A stretch of DNA of 64,000 nt from Candidatus Latescibacterota bacterium (lineage in GTDB: Bacteria; Latescibacterota; UBA2968; UBA8231), in NCBI GenBank assembly GCA_965215195.1, contig CBDCDC010000001.1:864001-928000 (forward strand), read 5' to 3'. Of this stretch, positions 19,321-28,822 are shown piece after piece; the stretch's first letter is position 1; every line of letters starts with the position of its first letter. A program made the translations under genes and the position numbers. The notes under the pieces were generated by a model that was not told the origin of the DNA, made no database searches, and saw only the letters and a program-made list of their open reading frames with translations.

Positions 19321-19350
19321 CCTCAAACCTTTTATAGAAAGAGGCGAACA

Positions 19351-21129
19351 ATGCCTTTATGGAAGCGAATAAACGCCCTGCTAGTCGTCGTTTTAGGCGT
19401 AGTGGCCTGTTCCGATCCGCCGGTTGCGCCGGCACCGGCGGGCAAAGCCCTCGGGCAGGCCGAAGTCGATAGCACGCAGTCGGACGCTGCAACCGATAGC
19501 CCCGCGCCCGCCATCGTCTCGTTTGCCGATGCCAACTTAGAGCTTGCGGTGCGGCGGACGCTGAACAAGCCCGAAGGCCGGCTGACCGCCGACGATCTGG
19601 CGTCCCTGACCAAGCTCGACGTAGAATGGCAAGACGTCTCAGGCATTGAGAGCTTGGCCGGCCTCGAACACGCGACAGTGCTGGACACGCTGAACCTGTG
19701 GGGCAACCAGATTGCGGATTTGAGTCCGTTGTCGGGCTTGACCAGCCTGACCCACCTGAACCTTGGGCACAATCAGGTGGTGGATGTGGGTGCGTTGTCG
19801 GGCTTGACCAATTTGAAATGGCTGAGTCTGTGGGGCAACGAAGTGGCGGATCTGAGTCCGTTGTCGGGGTTGACGAAGCTGACGTACCTGAACTTGTGGG
19901 GCAACCAGATTGAAGCGGTGAGTGCGTTGTCGGGGTTGACGAAGCTGACCTCGTTGGACTTGGGGCACAACGCGGTGGCGGATGTGGGTCCGTTGGATGG
20001 CCTGACCCGGCTGGACTGGTTGGGCTTGGTGGACAATCTCATTCGCCAAGGGGACCTCGCCGAACAGGTGCCCACCTTGATAGAGCAGGACGTCAAGGTC
20101 TCCGTCGTCCTGCCGAACCCGCAACCACCCCCGGCCCCGGCTCCACCCCCGGCCCCGGTAGTCGTCTCGTTCGCCGACGCCAACTTAGAGGGTGCGGTGC
20201 GGCAGGCACTGGATAAACCGACAGGTGCGCTCACATCCGAGGATCTGGCGTCCCTAACGCGGCTTGAAGCAAGCAATCTAAACATTGAGAGCTTGGCCGG
20301 CCTCGAACACGCGACGGCGCTGGTTGAGCTGGACTTAGAGCACAACGCGGCTCTTGCGGATGTGAGTCCGTTGGCGAGCCTGACCAAGTTGGAAACGCTG
20401 CATCTGAGTAACACGTCCATTGGGAATTCGGGGGGGGTTGAGTTGGCGAGCCTGACCAACTTGCAAGCGCTGCATCTGAATGGCACGTCCATTACGGATG
20501 CGGGGGTGGCTGAGTTGGCGAGCCTGACCAACTTGCAAGCGCTGCATCTGAATGGCACGTCCATTACGGATGCGGGGGTGGCTTCGCTGGCGAGCCTGAC
20601 CAAGTTGGAAAGGCTTAGTCTGAATAGCACGTCCATTACGGATGCGGGAGTGGCTGAGTTGGCGAGCCTGACCAACTTGAAAAGGCTTAGTCTGAATAGC
20701 ACGTCCATTACGGATGCGGGGGTGGCTTCGCTGGCGAGCCTGACCAAGTTGGAAACGCTGCATCTGGCTTCCACGTCCATTGGGGATGCGGGGGTGGCTT
20801 CGTTGGCGAGCCTGACCAACTTGCAAGTGCTGTATCTAAATAACACGTCCATTGGGGATGCGGGGGTGGCTTCGCTATTGAGTCTGACCAAGTTGAAAAC
20901 CCTGTACCTGAGTGGCACGTCCATTGGGGATGCGGGGGTGGCTTCGCTGTCGAGCCTGACCAAGTTGGAAACGCTGTATCTGAGTAACACGTCCATTACG
21001 GATGTGAGTCCGTTGCTCAGCCTGACCAACTTGAAAACGCTGGGTCTGAGGGGCGCCACCCTCAGTGCCGCGTCAATCAACACACACATCCCCGCCCTCG
21101 AAGCAGCAGGCGTTAGGGTCATCCGATAA
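19351..21129 (+). CDS. Leucine-rich repeat lipoprotein (internalin-like)
   Basis: VVAC lipobox; two SFADANLE cap domains; 22-aa LRRs, a Pro-rich linker, then 24-aa LRRs. Confidence 0.88.
   Translation: MPLWKRINALLVVVLGVVACSDPPVAPAPAGKALGQAEVDSTQSDAATDSPAPAIVSFADANLELAVRRTLNKPEGRLTADDLASLTKLDVEWQDVSGIESLAGLEHATVLDTLNLWGNQIADLSPLSGLTSLTHLNLGHNQVVDVGALSGLTNLKWLSLWGNEVADLSPLSGLTKLTYLNLWGNQIEAVSALSGLTKLTSLDLGHNAVADVGPLDGLTRLDWLGLVDNLIRQGDLAEQVPTLIEQDVKVSVVLPNPQPPPAPAPPPAPVVVSFADANLEGAVRQALDKPTGALTSEDLASLTRLEASNLNIESLAGLEHATALVELDLEHNAALADVSPLASLTKLETLHLSNTSIGNSGGVELASLTNLQALHLNGTSITDAGVAELASLTNLQALHLNGTSITDAGVASLASLTKLERLSLNSTSITDAGVAELASLTNLKRLSLNSTSITDAGVASLASLTKLETLHLASTSIGDAGVASLASLTNLQVLYLNNTSIGDAGVASLLSLTKLKTLYLSGTSIGDAGVASLSSLTKLETLYLSNTSITDVSPLLSLTNLKTLGLRGATLSAASINTHIPALEAAGVRVIR
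20370..21050 (+). repeat. 72-bp tandem coding repeat (24-aa LRR)
   Basis: Near-identical GCGAGCCTGACCAA.TTG...ACGTCCATT..GGATGCGGGGGTGGCT units. Confidence 0.85.
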
Positions 21130-21249
21130 TGAAAACCTTCATTGCCGTTTGCTGCGCCGCTTGCTGCGCGATACCAGCGGGTCAAGGGTATTACAATCGC
21201 GGCGCGGAGCAGGGTTTACCGAGGCAGACCCATTAGGGCAGCCGTATAG

Positions 21250-23658
21250 CTACCACTCCAGCATCGTCTGCACGGCCATGCCCGCGCCGTCAATCCGCAC
21301 TCGCACCGCGCCGGTGTGGTCGGTGCGCAGCACGCGCGCCCCGTGCGCTGCGTAGCGCACGACGACTTCGGGGGCCGGGTGCTTGAACTTGTTGCCCTCC
21401 CCCAGCGACATCACCGCCACTGCGGGCGCGACCGCTTGAATAAAAAGCGGCTGCGACGAGGTGCGCGAGCCGTGGTGAGCCACCTTGAGCAATTGTGCCT
21501 GCAGCCGCAAGCCCCAAGCGAGGATCGCTGGATCGGTCTCTTGCTCTACGTCGCCGGTAAAGAGCACTCGCATTGCTCCGTGCTGCAAGCTAAAGGCCAC
21601 CGAGCCGTTGTTGGGGCCAAAAGGGGCGTTGCCATCTGCATCGACAAAGTCCGCAGTCGGATGCAGGACCAGCCCGGCGACCCCGCCCAAGCCCGCCAAG
21701 CTGTCGCCCGCCGCGACTCGGTGGTAGCGCACGCCCCGCTCGGCGATGAGTTCCCGCAGCCGCCGCGCCGTCCACGAGTCATAGGCTTGCCCGCTGTCGA
21801 GAAAGTGGCCGACTTCCATTTGCTCCAACAGGGCTACCAGTCCGCCGATGTGGTCGTTGTGCGGATGCGAGGCCACGACGACATCGACCTGCCGGACGCC
21901 CATGTAGCGCAAGAAAGGCAGCAGCACCTGTTCGCCGCAGTCGAAGTATTCGCTGCGCTCGCCGCCATCGACGACCATGGTTTTGCCGTTGGGGAAGCGC
22001 ACAAACGCCGCGTCGCCTTGGCCCACGTCTAAAAAGACGATCTCTAGGTCGCGGGCGCGGAGCGCGTAAGTCCACATCGCAACGTTGAGCCAGACAAGTG
22101 CCGCGAAAATGGCGGCTTTGCGCGCCCACGCCCTGTCGGGCAGGAGCGGGCCGAGCAGACAGAGCGCGGCGGCCACGGCCACGAAGAGCACCCCCGGGCG
22201 CGGCACGGTCACGGACGCAAAGGGCAGCGAGGCCCACCACGAGACCAGCTCGATCAGCCCCACGAGGACCAAGTAATTGGCGGCGTTGAACGCAGTGGCG
22301 ACCCAAGGCAAAATCCAACCGGTCAACGCGGCCAGCAGACCCAAGCCCACGGCGAGTGCCAAGAGCGGCACTACCACTATATTGGCCACTACGGCCCCCA
22401 ACGCTAGCTGCTGAAAGGAATGGGCGATCAAAGGCCCGGTGCCGAGCTGGGCCGCCAGCGAGGCGCACAGCGGGCTGACGACCCAGCGGCCGACTCGGCT
22501 ATCGGCGCGTTGATAGGCTGCGGGGAAAAGCGAGGCGAGCGGCCCGTGCAAGGCCACGATGGCCCACGTCGCGCCAAAGGAGAGCTGGAAGCTCAGGCTC
22601 CACGGACTCTCCGGCCATAGTACCAAGATCGCTAGCGCCGCCAGCCCCAAGGTGTTGTAGATGTCGCCCTGCCGCCTGAGCACCCGCCCCAACAGCACCA
22701 CCGTCCCCATCAGCACCGCCCGCACCACCGGCACTTGCGCCCCGGTTACAAGGGCATAGAGCGCCAGCGCGGCGATGGTGGCTGCCGAACTCGGCCGGTC
22801 GGCGAGCCGCAGGAGCCGGAATCCGAAGAAGAAGAACCCGCCCACCAAGCCGACGTGGAGGCCGCTGACCACTAGGGCGTGCGCCAGCCCGGTGCTGCGA
22901 AATGCAGCGCGCACTTCCTCGGGAATCCGCTGCTTCTCTCCCAAGAGTACGCCCAACAGCAGTCCGGCCGGTGCTCCTGCGAGGTTGCGCTCAATGCTCT
23001 GGCGCACGGCGCGTCTGACGGGCAGCACCACGCCCTCGTACAGCCAGTGCCCGGGCAAGCGCTCTACGGACGCGATCTGCTCGGGTTTGCCCACGAAAAG
23101 CGTGCCGTAGATATCCTGCTGGGCTAAAAAAGCCCGGTAGTCGAAGGTGCCAGGATTCCGCAGCGCACGGGGTCGTTGCAACTTCCCGCGCAGGGATACG
23201 CGGTCGCCGTAATCGGCTGGCCAGCTCACGTCTTTTACCGTGACTAGCACCCGCCCGCTCAAGTGGTAGACGGCGCTGTCGGCGACCACCTGTTCCAGCG
23301 CTACGATAAAGCGCACTCGCTCGTCGCTGCGCTCCGGCTCTTGGACGATGTGACCGGTGACTACGCCGCGCTGGCCAAAGACCTCGAGCGCGACTAGGTG
23401 TGGCAAAGGGGACAGAGCTGTGTCGATGTGGTAACGCAGTGCGCCTAACAGAACGACGACGCCCCACAGCATCCAACCCGTCCAACGCGCCTTGCGATAG
23501 AAGCCGGCGGCCGCGCCGACAAGCGCCAAGCCACTCAGGAGCGCCGCTGTAACCAAGCCCATATCCACGGTCCGCCCCAAGAAAATGCCGACCCCGAATC
23601 CGAGGGCCGTCCACAGCGCGGGCCGCTGGCGCGTCTTTTTGCTCGCCGACATACCCAA
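21250..23658 (-). CDS. comEC: DNA uptake channel ComEC/Rec2
   Basis: OB domain RNPGTFDY; GLAHALVVSGLHV; SFQLSF; MBL domain LDVGQGD, SHPHNDHIGG, KVAHHGS. Confidence 0.93.
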   Translation of the reverse strand: MGMSASKKTRQRPALWTALGFGVGIFLGRTVDMGLVTAALLSGLALVGAAAGFYRKARWTGWMLWGVVVLLGALRYHIDTALSPLPHLVALEVFGQRGVVTGHIVQEPERSDERVRFIVALEQVVADSAVYHLSGRVLVTVKDVSWPADYGDRVSLRGKLQRPRALRNPGTFDYRAFLAQQDIYGTLFVGKPEQIASVERLPGHWLYEGVVLPVRRAVRQSIERNLAGAPAGLLLGVLLGEKQRIPEEVRAAFRSTGLAHALVVSGLHVGLVGGFFFFGFRLLRLADRPSSAATIAALALYALVTGAQVPVVRAVLMGTVVLLGRVLRRQGDIYNTLGLAALAILVLWPESPWSLSFQLSFGATWAIVALHGPLASLFPAAYQRADSRVGRWVVSPLCASLAAQLGTGPLIAHSFQQLALGAVVANIVVVPLLALAVGLGLLAALTGWILPWVATAFNAANYLVLVGLIELVSWWASLPFASVTVPRPGVLFVAVAAALCLLGPLLPDRAWARKAAIFAALVWLNVAMWTYALRARDLEIVFLDVGQGDAAFVRFPNGKTMVVDGGERSEYFDCGEQVLLPFLRYMGVRQVDVVVASHPHNDHIGGLVALLEQMEVGHFLDSGQAYDSWTARRLRELIAERGVRYHRVAAGDSLAGLGGVAGLVLHPTADFVDADGNAPFGPNNGSVAFSLQHGAMRVLFTGDVEQETDPAILAWGLRLQAQLLKVAHHGSRTSSQPLFIQAVAPAVAVMSLGEGNKFKHPAPEVVVRYAAHGARVLRTDHTGAVRVRIDGAGMAVQTMLEW

Positions 23659-23765
23659 TCCAACGGCAAAAATCGTTCCACTTCGACAAAAGCGGCGGGC
23701 GCGTCTATATTCAAAACCTAGGCTATCGCACTTTGACCTCAGCCTTAGAGACGGAGGTTCAAACT

Positions 23766-23978
23766 ATGAAGAAGGCGATTGTCTCTCGTAATCCGGCGGT
23801 TATGAGCGACACCTTAGTTTTTGCCGGAACCCGCGTTCCCGTTGAAGTTTTGATTCAGCATATTGTCGCGGGGGACTCGCTCGACAAATTCCTTGAAGAC
23901 TTTCCCACGGTATCACGTGAACAAGCCGTCGCCTATCTAGAGATGACGCTGGAAGTAGCGGATGCGCGTGCTGCTTGA
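23766..23978 (+). CDS. DUF433 antitoxin
   Basis: VFAGTRVPV and FLEDFPTVSREQ motifs; GGAGG RBS. Confidence 0.85.
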   Translation: MKKAIVSRNPAVMSDTLVFAGTRVPVEVLIQHIVAGDSLDKFLEDFPTVSREQAVAYLEMTLEVADARAA

Positions 23979-24033
23979 CGAGAATATACCGTTCAAGCTG
24001 AGGCGACTTTTTGAAGGGAAAGGAGAATGGAGC
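23962..24033 (+). pseudogene. Truncated DUF5615 PIN-like toxin, in frame with yhbY
   Basis: MRVLLDENIP start overlaps the DUF433 stop; only ~17 residues are toxin-like. Confidence 0.7.
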
Positions 24034-24345
24034 ATGACAGACTCCGCACCTATGCTCCGCGGCAAGGACCGCCGCTACTTACGCGGCTTGGGCAACGCCC
24101 TGCGCCCGACCGTGTACTTGGGCAAAGAGGGCCTTTCCGCTGCCGTTATCCGCTCGCTCAACCAAGCCTACGCCAACAGCGAGTTGGTCAAGGTGCGCTG
24201 CGAGCGCAACAGTCCCCTCGACCGCCGCAAAGCCGGCGAGCAGCTTGCCGCCGCTACCGGGTCCCACCTAGTGCAGGTCTTGGGCAACACCCTGCTCCTC
24301 TACCGCCCCGACCCGGACGAGCCGCAAATCGCGCTGCCCGAATAG
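24034..24345 (+). CDS. yhbY: YhbY/CRM RNA-binding ribosome assembly protein
   Basis: RYLRGLGNALRPTVYLGKEG, ELVKV and VQVLGNTLLLYR motifs. Confidence 0.88.
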   Translation: MTDSAPMLRGKDRRYLRGLGNALRPTVYLGKEGLSAAVIRSLNQAYANSELVKVRCERNSPLDRRKAGEQLAAATGSHLVQVLGNTLLLYRPDPDEPQIALPE

Positions 24346-24421
24346 GGACGCAGGCTTTCGTTGAGAAGCGAGACCAGCCTGCCCATACTCACTTGTGAAA
24401 ACTTGCAACAGGAAGACTATC

Positions 24422-24628
24422 ATGCTCAATATCAAGCCGAAATATGTTGTCAATGAAAAGGGACGAAAAACAGCAACCGTTCTGTCGATGGAAGATTATC
24501 GCTCTTTGATACAACGATTTCAGGATTTAGAAGATGCTTTAGACCTAGATAGAGCGGTTGAAACGGCAACCGACTTTCGGGAATACACCGCAATACGCGA
24601 AGAAATAAAAAAAGAAGGAAAACTTTGA
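24422..24628 (+). CDS. Probable type II antitoxin
   Basis: YVVNEKGRKTATVLSMEDY...LEDALD; directly upstream of a RelE-like gene. Confidence 0.7.
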   Translation: MLNIKPKYVVNEKGRKTATVLSMEDYRSLIQRFQDLEDALDLDRAVETATDFREYTAIREEIKKEGKL

Positions 24629-24636
24629 CCGATGCG

Positions 24637-24900
24637 ATGGCTTACACCATCCATTTGGAACGTTGTGCTGAACGAGAATTTCGTAGGCTGCCACGAGAAA
24701 CTATCAGACGCATCGATGCTGTATTACTTCAATTGGCAAGTACTCCACGTCCAGATGGCGTCGTTAAACTTTCGGGTCGGACGGCTTCTGGTTGGCGGGT
24801 TGGGGTGGGGGAGTACCGCATCCTCTAGCAAATAGATGACGGCAAGAACCGCGTTGATGTTTATCGAATAAAACATCGTCGGGAAGCCTACCGTCAATAA
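24637..24900 (+). pseudogene. RelE/ParE toxin with a single in-frame amber stop
   Basis: PRPDGVVKLSG..WRVGVGEYRIL*QIDD...RIKHRREAYRQ; TAG at 24826-24828 where Tyr is expected. Confidence 0.85.
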
Positions 24901-24944
24901 CAAATTGTCGCTGGGCGACTTTTCGCGGCGGTCGAAATTGCCGC

Positions 24945-25880
24945 TCATTCCTTCCACGCCTGAGCAAAAATGCCGAGTGAGCCGGGCGCGTATCCGGCGT
25001 AGTGGTTGTTAAAAAATACGTACACGGGCCGCTGCGGCGCGGCTTGCGCCAATTCCCGCACCTGCTGCGCCCACTGCTGAGTCTCGGCGGCGCGGTCCCA
25101 GACGAGGCGCTCCCAGTGCCGCTCCTGCTCGCCGCGGCGAATCCGCTCCTCGACGTAGGCATCCATTTTTTTGCGGTCGCCCAAAAAGCGCACGTAGAGA
25201 AAGTCGGCCGTTACGGGATTGACGCGCTTGAGGGTCTCCGCTAAGCCCGGCATGGTGTAGTAGTTGTTCAGCACCAGCGCCACTCGGTGTTCGCGCAGCA
25301 AGTCCAACAGTTCCGCCCGCAGCCAGGTCCCGTTGCGCACCTCCACTGCAAAGCGGAACTCGCCCGTAGGTAGCTGCGGCAAAAATGCCGCTAGGCGCTC
25401 GGTGAACGCGCTGCCGTACTCGTTTTCGTGCGCGTCCTGTCCCCGCGCAATGTATGGAAACTGCATCAGCAGCGGCCCCAACCGCTCGCCCAACGGAGCC
25501 ATTGCGTCGAGGAAGGCCTCCATCTCCCCCATGCAGTCCATGAGCATTTTCTCGTGGCTGATCGCGCGGGGAATTTTGGCGGTAAAGCGAAAGTGCGGCG
25601 GCGTCCGCCGCAGCCACCCCTCTATCGCCTTGGGCGTTGGCACCCGATACCAAGTTGAGTCGATCTCCACGCTCCTGAAGACTTTTGCATAGTGTTCGAT
25701 GTAATCGGCCGCAGCGCATCCCTCCGGGTAGATCAGCCCTTCCCAATCCGCATTCGACCAACTCGTCGTCCCCAAAAAAAGCTGTGCGGGCAGCCCCTCT
25801 TGCACCTGCTGCATCCGCTCGGTGTGCCGAGGCTTGGCCGGCGGCATGATCGCGGAAAAAAGGTCCTGTTGCTCTCCCAT
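24945..25880 (-). CDS. DUF72 family protein
   Basis: LGTTSWS..W.G..YP, VEIDSTWY, LGPLLMQFP, AVEVR and VFFNNHY motifs. Confidence 0.9.
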   Translation of the reverse strand: MGEQQDLFSAIMPPAKPRHTERMQQVQEGLPAQLFLGTTSWSNADWEGLIYPEGCAAADYIEHYAKVFRSVEIDSTWYRVPTPKAIEGWLRRTPPHFRFTAKIPRAISHEKMLMDCMGEMEAFLDAMAPLGERLGPLLMQFPYIARGQDAHENEYGSAFTERLAAFLPQLPTGEFRFAVEVRNGTWLRAELLDLLREHRVALVLNNYYTMPGLAETLKRVNPVTADFLYVRFLGDRKKMDAYVEERIRRGEQERHWERLVWDRAAETQQWAQQVRELAQAAPQRPVYVFFNNHYAGYAPGSLGIFAQAWKE

Positions 25881-25953
25881 GGTTCGCTCCACAAAAAAGA
25901 GGGCGCGGCATCCACCGCCCCCTCGCAATTACCGACGAATGTCCCTGTAGGCG

Positions 25954-27528
25954 CTACGTTTTTTCCCGCACCATCTTCACGACCTGCTCCCGCCCCACTA
26001 GCTGCACGAGCGACCCAAATCGCGGCCCTTGCTCCTGCCCCAGCACCACCTCGTAAAACATCCGAAACAGGGCCTTGGGGGGCACCCCGGCCTCGCGGGC
26101 CAAGTCGAACGGAATGGCCTGTAACTCCTCCTCGGTGGCTCCGTTGGTCGCGCTCAGCCGCTCGGCCAACTGCCCTAGGAGCGCCTGCTCCTCGTCCGTG
26201 GGCGGACGAAACTGCTTGGTGGGAAGCACCACGTCTCGGTAGTAGTTAAGCCCCTTCTCCACCAGTGCCTGCGTTACCTGCGGATAACTAGGAGCCTGCG
26301 CGTCGTAACGCGCCAGATAATCGCCCAATGCTGCGACCGAATCCACTCCGAGGGCTGTGATCAAATTGTTGACCGTCGAGAAGTTGATCCGGGACGCGTA
26401 CTCGGGCACGACCGCGCCGCGGTCGCCGATGTGCCACACGGCCTGCTCGGGGCGCTCGGCCTCTGCCACCTCGGGATAGCGCCGCAGCGCATCGAGATAG
26501 TCGTCAACGCACTTGGGGACGATATCCCAGTGCAGACGCTTGGCCCGCTTGGGATTTTGGAAGAGGAAAAAGAGCAGGGATTCTATCGGCGCGTACTCCT
26601 TCCACGCATCCACTGTCACCCCCATGCGGCCGGCGCTGCTGGCCAACCCGCGCCCTTCCGCGTCGAGAAAAAACTCGTAGCACAAGCCGACCGGCGGCTG
26701 CTTGCCCATCAGGCGCACGATGCGGGAGGACTGGCGCACCGAGTCGATGAGGTCTTTGCCGTACATTTCGTAATCGATCTCGTAGGCGTACCAGCGCAGG
26801 GCCCAATCGACTTTCCAGCCCACCTTGGCGTGGCCGCCGAGCACCGACTGCTCGCCGCTTGCGCCACACCCGGCGTAGGGGCCGGTATTGAGGTCGCAGG
26901 TGAAGCTCACGCGGCCTCGGCTGGGGTGGTAGGCGGTGACGCGCGTGGCCATGATTGAGCCACAGTTGGGACAAAGCGGAAAGAAGGGCGACCAGTGCTG
27001 GCGGTTTTGTTCCCGCAGCGTCGGCACGATGATTTGGCGAACTTCCTCGGCTTTGTCTAGGAGAATCGACAGCCCTTCGTCGAAATCGCCGCGCACGTAG
27101 GCTACACGCGAGCTTTGGAACTCGTAGTCAAAGCCAGAGGCGTCGAAAAACTCGCACAGCTTGGCGTTCATGTGGTCGCTGAAACTCGCACAGCAACCAA
27201 AGGGATCGGGGATGGCGTGTAGGGGTTTGCCGAGGTGGGCGGCGAGCATCTCGGGCTGCGGCAAGTTGCCGGGCACCTTGCGCAGGCCATCCATGTCGTC
27301 GCTGAAGCAGAGTAGGCGGGTCTTTAGTCCGTAGAGGTATTCGCAGGCGTTGCGCACCCAAGAGGTGCGGACGCCTTCTGAAAAGTGACCTAGATGGGGA
27401 AAGCCGCTGGGGCCAAAGCCGGTCTCAAACAGGACCGGGCGGTCCCCGCTAGGCCGGCGTCGCTTGACGATCTGCGCCGCCTCTTGGAAGGGCCAAGCCC
27501 GATGCGTACTGGTTTGGTTCCTCTCCAT
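25954..27528 (-). CDS. lysS: Class I lysyl-tRNA synthetase (degenerate KMSKS loop)
   Basis: FETGFGPSGFPHLG, SDDMDGLRKVP, WKVDWALRW, YEMYGKDL and GPRFG motifs. Confidence 0.88.
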   Translation of the reverse strand: MERNQTSTHRAWPFQEAAQIVKRRRPSGDRPVLFETGFGPSGFPHLGHFSEGVRTSWVRNACEYLYGLKTRLLCFSDDMDGLRKVPGNLPQPEMLAAHLGKPLHAIPDPFGCCASFSDHMNAKLCEFFDASGFDYEFQSSRVAYVRGDFDEGLSILLDKAEEVRQIIVPTLREQNRQHWSPFFPLCPNCGSIMATRVTAYHPSRGRVSFTCDLNTGPYAGCGASGEQSVLGGHAKVGWKVDWALRWYAYEIDYEMYGKDLIDSVRQSSRIVRLMGKQPPVGLCYEFFLDAEGRGLASSAGRMGVTVDAWKEYAPIESLLFFLFQNPKRAKRLHWDIVPKCVDDYLDALRRYPEVAEAERPEQAVWHIGDRGAVVPEYASRINFSTVNNLITALGVDSVAALGDYLARYDAQAPSYPQVTQALVEKGLNYYRDVVLPTKQFRPPTDEEQALLGQLAERLSATNGATEEELQAIPFDLAREAGVPPKALFRMFYEVVLGQEQGPRFGSLVQLVGREQVVKMVREKT

Positions 27529-27568
27529 GGACTTGGTCAGGCCGGCGCGTGGACGGCCTTGTGGCGTC

Positions 27569-27787
27569 TCAGCGATTGCGGAAAGTGATGCGTCCGCGGC
27601 TCAAATCATAGGGCGAAAGGGCCACGGTGACCTGGTCGCCCGGAAGCACGCGAATGTAGTACTTGCGCATCTTGCCGGAGATGTGGGCCATAATCTCGTG
27701 GCTGTTTTCCATCTCGCACTTAAAGTAGCCGTTGGGCAGGGCCTCTTTGACCACTGCTTGGACTTCGATTGCTTCTTCTTTGGCCAT
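27569..27787 (-). CDS. infA: Translation initiation factor IF-1
   Basis: MAKEEAIE...LPN...[16 protein letters not shown]...SPYDL.RGRI. Confidence 0.97.
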   Translation of the reverse strand: MAKEEAIEVQAVVKEALPNGYFKCEMENSHEIMAHISGKMRKYYIRVLPGDQVTVALSPYDLSRGRITFRNR

Positions 27788-27886
27788 TGCTCTCGCCTAA
27801 AAAATAAGGATGGAACGGAAAAAGCCGCCGCTAACGCGGCTCGCAAAGAGCGCAAAGTGTACGCGTTAGCCGAGCAAAAGTCAAAC

Positions 27887-28822
27887 TCACTCGATCAGGT
27901 AATTCACGTTGTACGAGGCGTGTTTGACTGCTTCGATCGTCGCTAGGTGGGGGGCTAGCTGCTGGACCTTGCCGTAGTATTGGACAGCTTCGGCAAAGCG
28001 CTCGGTTTTTTCGCAGATCACGCCGAGGTTGTGCAGGGCGGGGATGTGATCGCCGGTCAGCGCGATGACCTGCTTGAAGGCCGCTTCGGCCCCGGCGAGA
28101 TCGCCGCTGTCGAGGTGGGCGAGGCCCTTGGCGAAGAACATGCTTTCGTTGTCTTGCTCGTACTCGACGGCCTTAGCCAGCACGGCGAGTGCCAGCTCGG
28201 GCTGTTGGGCTTGCAGGCGCAACAGCCCGAGGCTGTAATAAGCGCGGGCCAGCGCGCGGCGCGCACCGCGATAATTGAAATCGACCTGCAACAAGGTCTC
28301 TAGGTGCTCAATGGACTTTTTGAAGTCGCCGACCTTGTGGTACGCCACGGCCATGTTGAAGCGGGCACCGACGTGATCGGGCTGGACCGCGATGACTTTT
28401 TCGAGGTATTCAAGGCCCTCGGCTTGGTGCTCGGTGCGGCAGAGCAAGGTCCCCAGCCCGGCCATGGCTTCGACCATCAGGGAATCGAGCCGCAGGGCCT
28501 CCTCGTAGTGGCGCTTGGCCTCGCGGTCGTATCCTTGGCCGTGGAGCATGACCGCGAGGTTGCAATGCGCCTCGGCGTAGTCGGGGTCGAGCTGCAAGGC
28601 CTCTTGCAGCAGCCTTTTGGCCTCGTACTTTTGCCCGTCGTCAAAGTACGCGTTGGCGAGGAGGACGCGCAGTTGCGGGTTGTAGGGTTCGATGGTGACC
28701 TTGGCGTTGAGGTAGCGGATCTTCTCTTTGGCCCAGAGGTTATAAGCCCGCTTGCCTTGGCGCTGGGCCTGGCCCTCGCTGCACGACAAGGCCAGCAATA
28801 GAAATGCGAGTACGGCCTTCAT
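27887..28822 (-). CDS. Secreted tetratricopeptide repeat protein
   Basis: Signal peptide; multiple 34-aa TPRs (AEAHCNLA, ARFNMA, ALHNLG). Confidence 0.85.
   Translation of the reverse strand: MKAVLAFLLLALSCSEGQAQRQGKRAYNLWAKEKIRYLNAKVTIEPYNPQLRVLLANAYFDDGQKYEAKRLLQEALQLDPDYAEAHCNLAVMLHGQGYDREAKRHYEEALRLDSLMVEAMAGLGTLLCRTEHQAEGLEYLEKVIAVQPDHVGARFNMAVAYHKVGDFKKSIEHLETLLQVDFNYRGARRALARAYYSLGLLRLQAQQPELALAVLAKAVEYEQDNESMFFAKGLAHLDSGDLAGAEAAFKQVIALTGDHIPALHNLGVICEKTERFAEAVQYYGKVQQLAPHLATIEAVKHASYNVNYLIE

Noticed and set aside
19773-21185. 470-aa minus-strand ORF and similar long antisense ORFs (42378-43352, 43758-44531, 52375-53265, 56006-56971)
   Set aside because: Shadow frames of repetitive or high-GC genes on the opposite strand; no motifs of their own.
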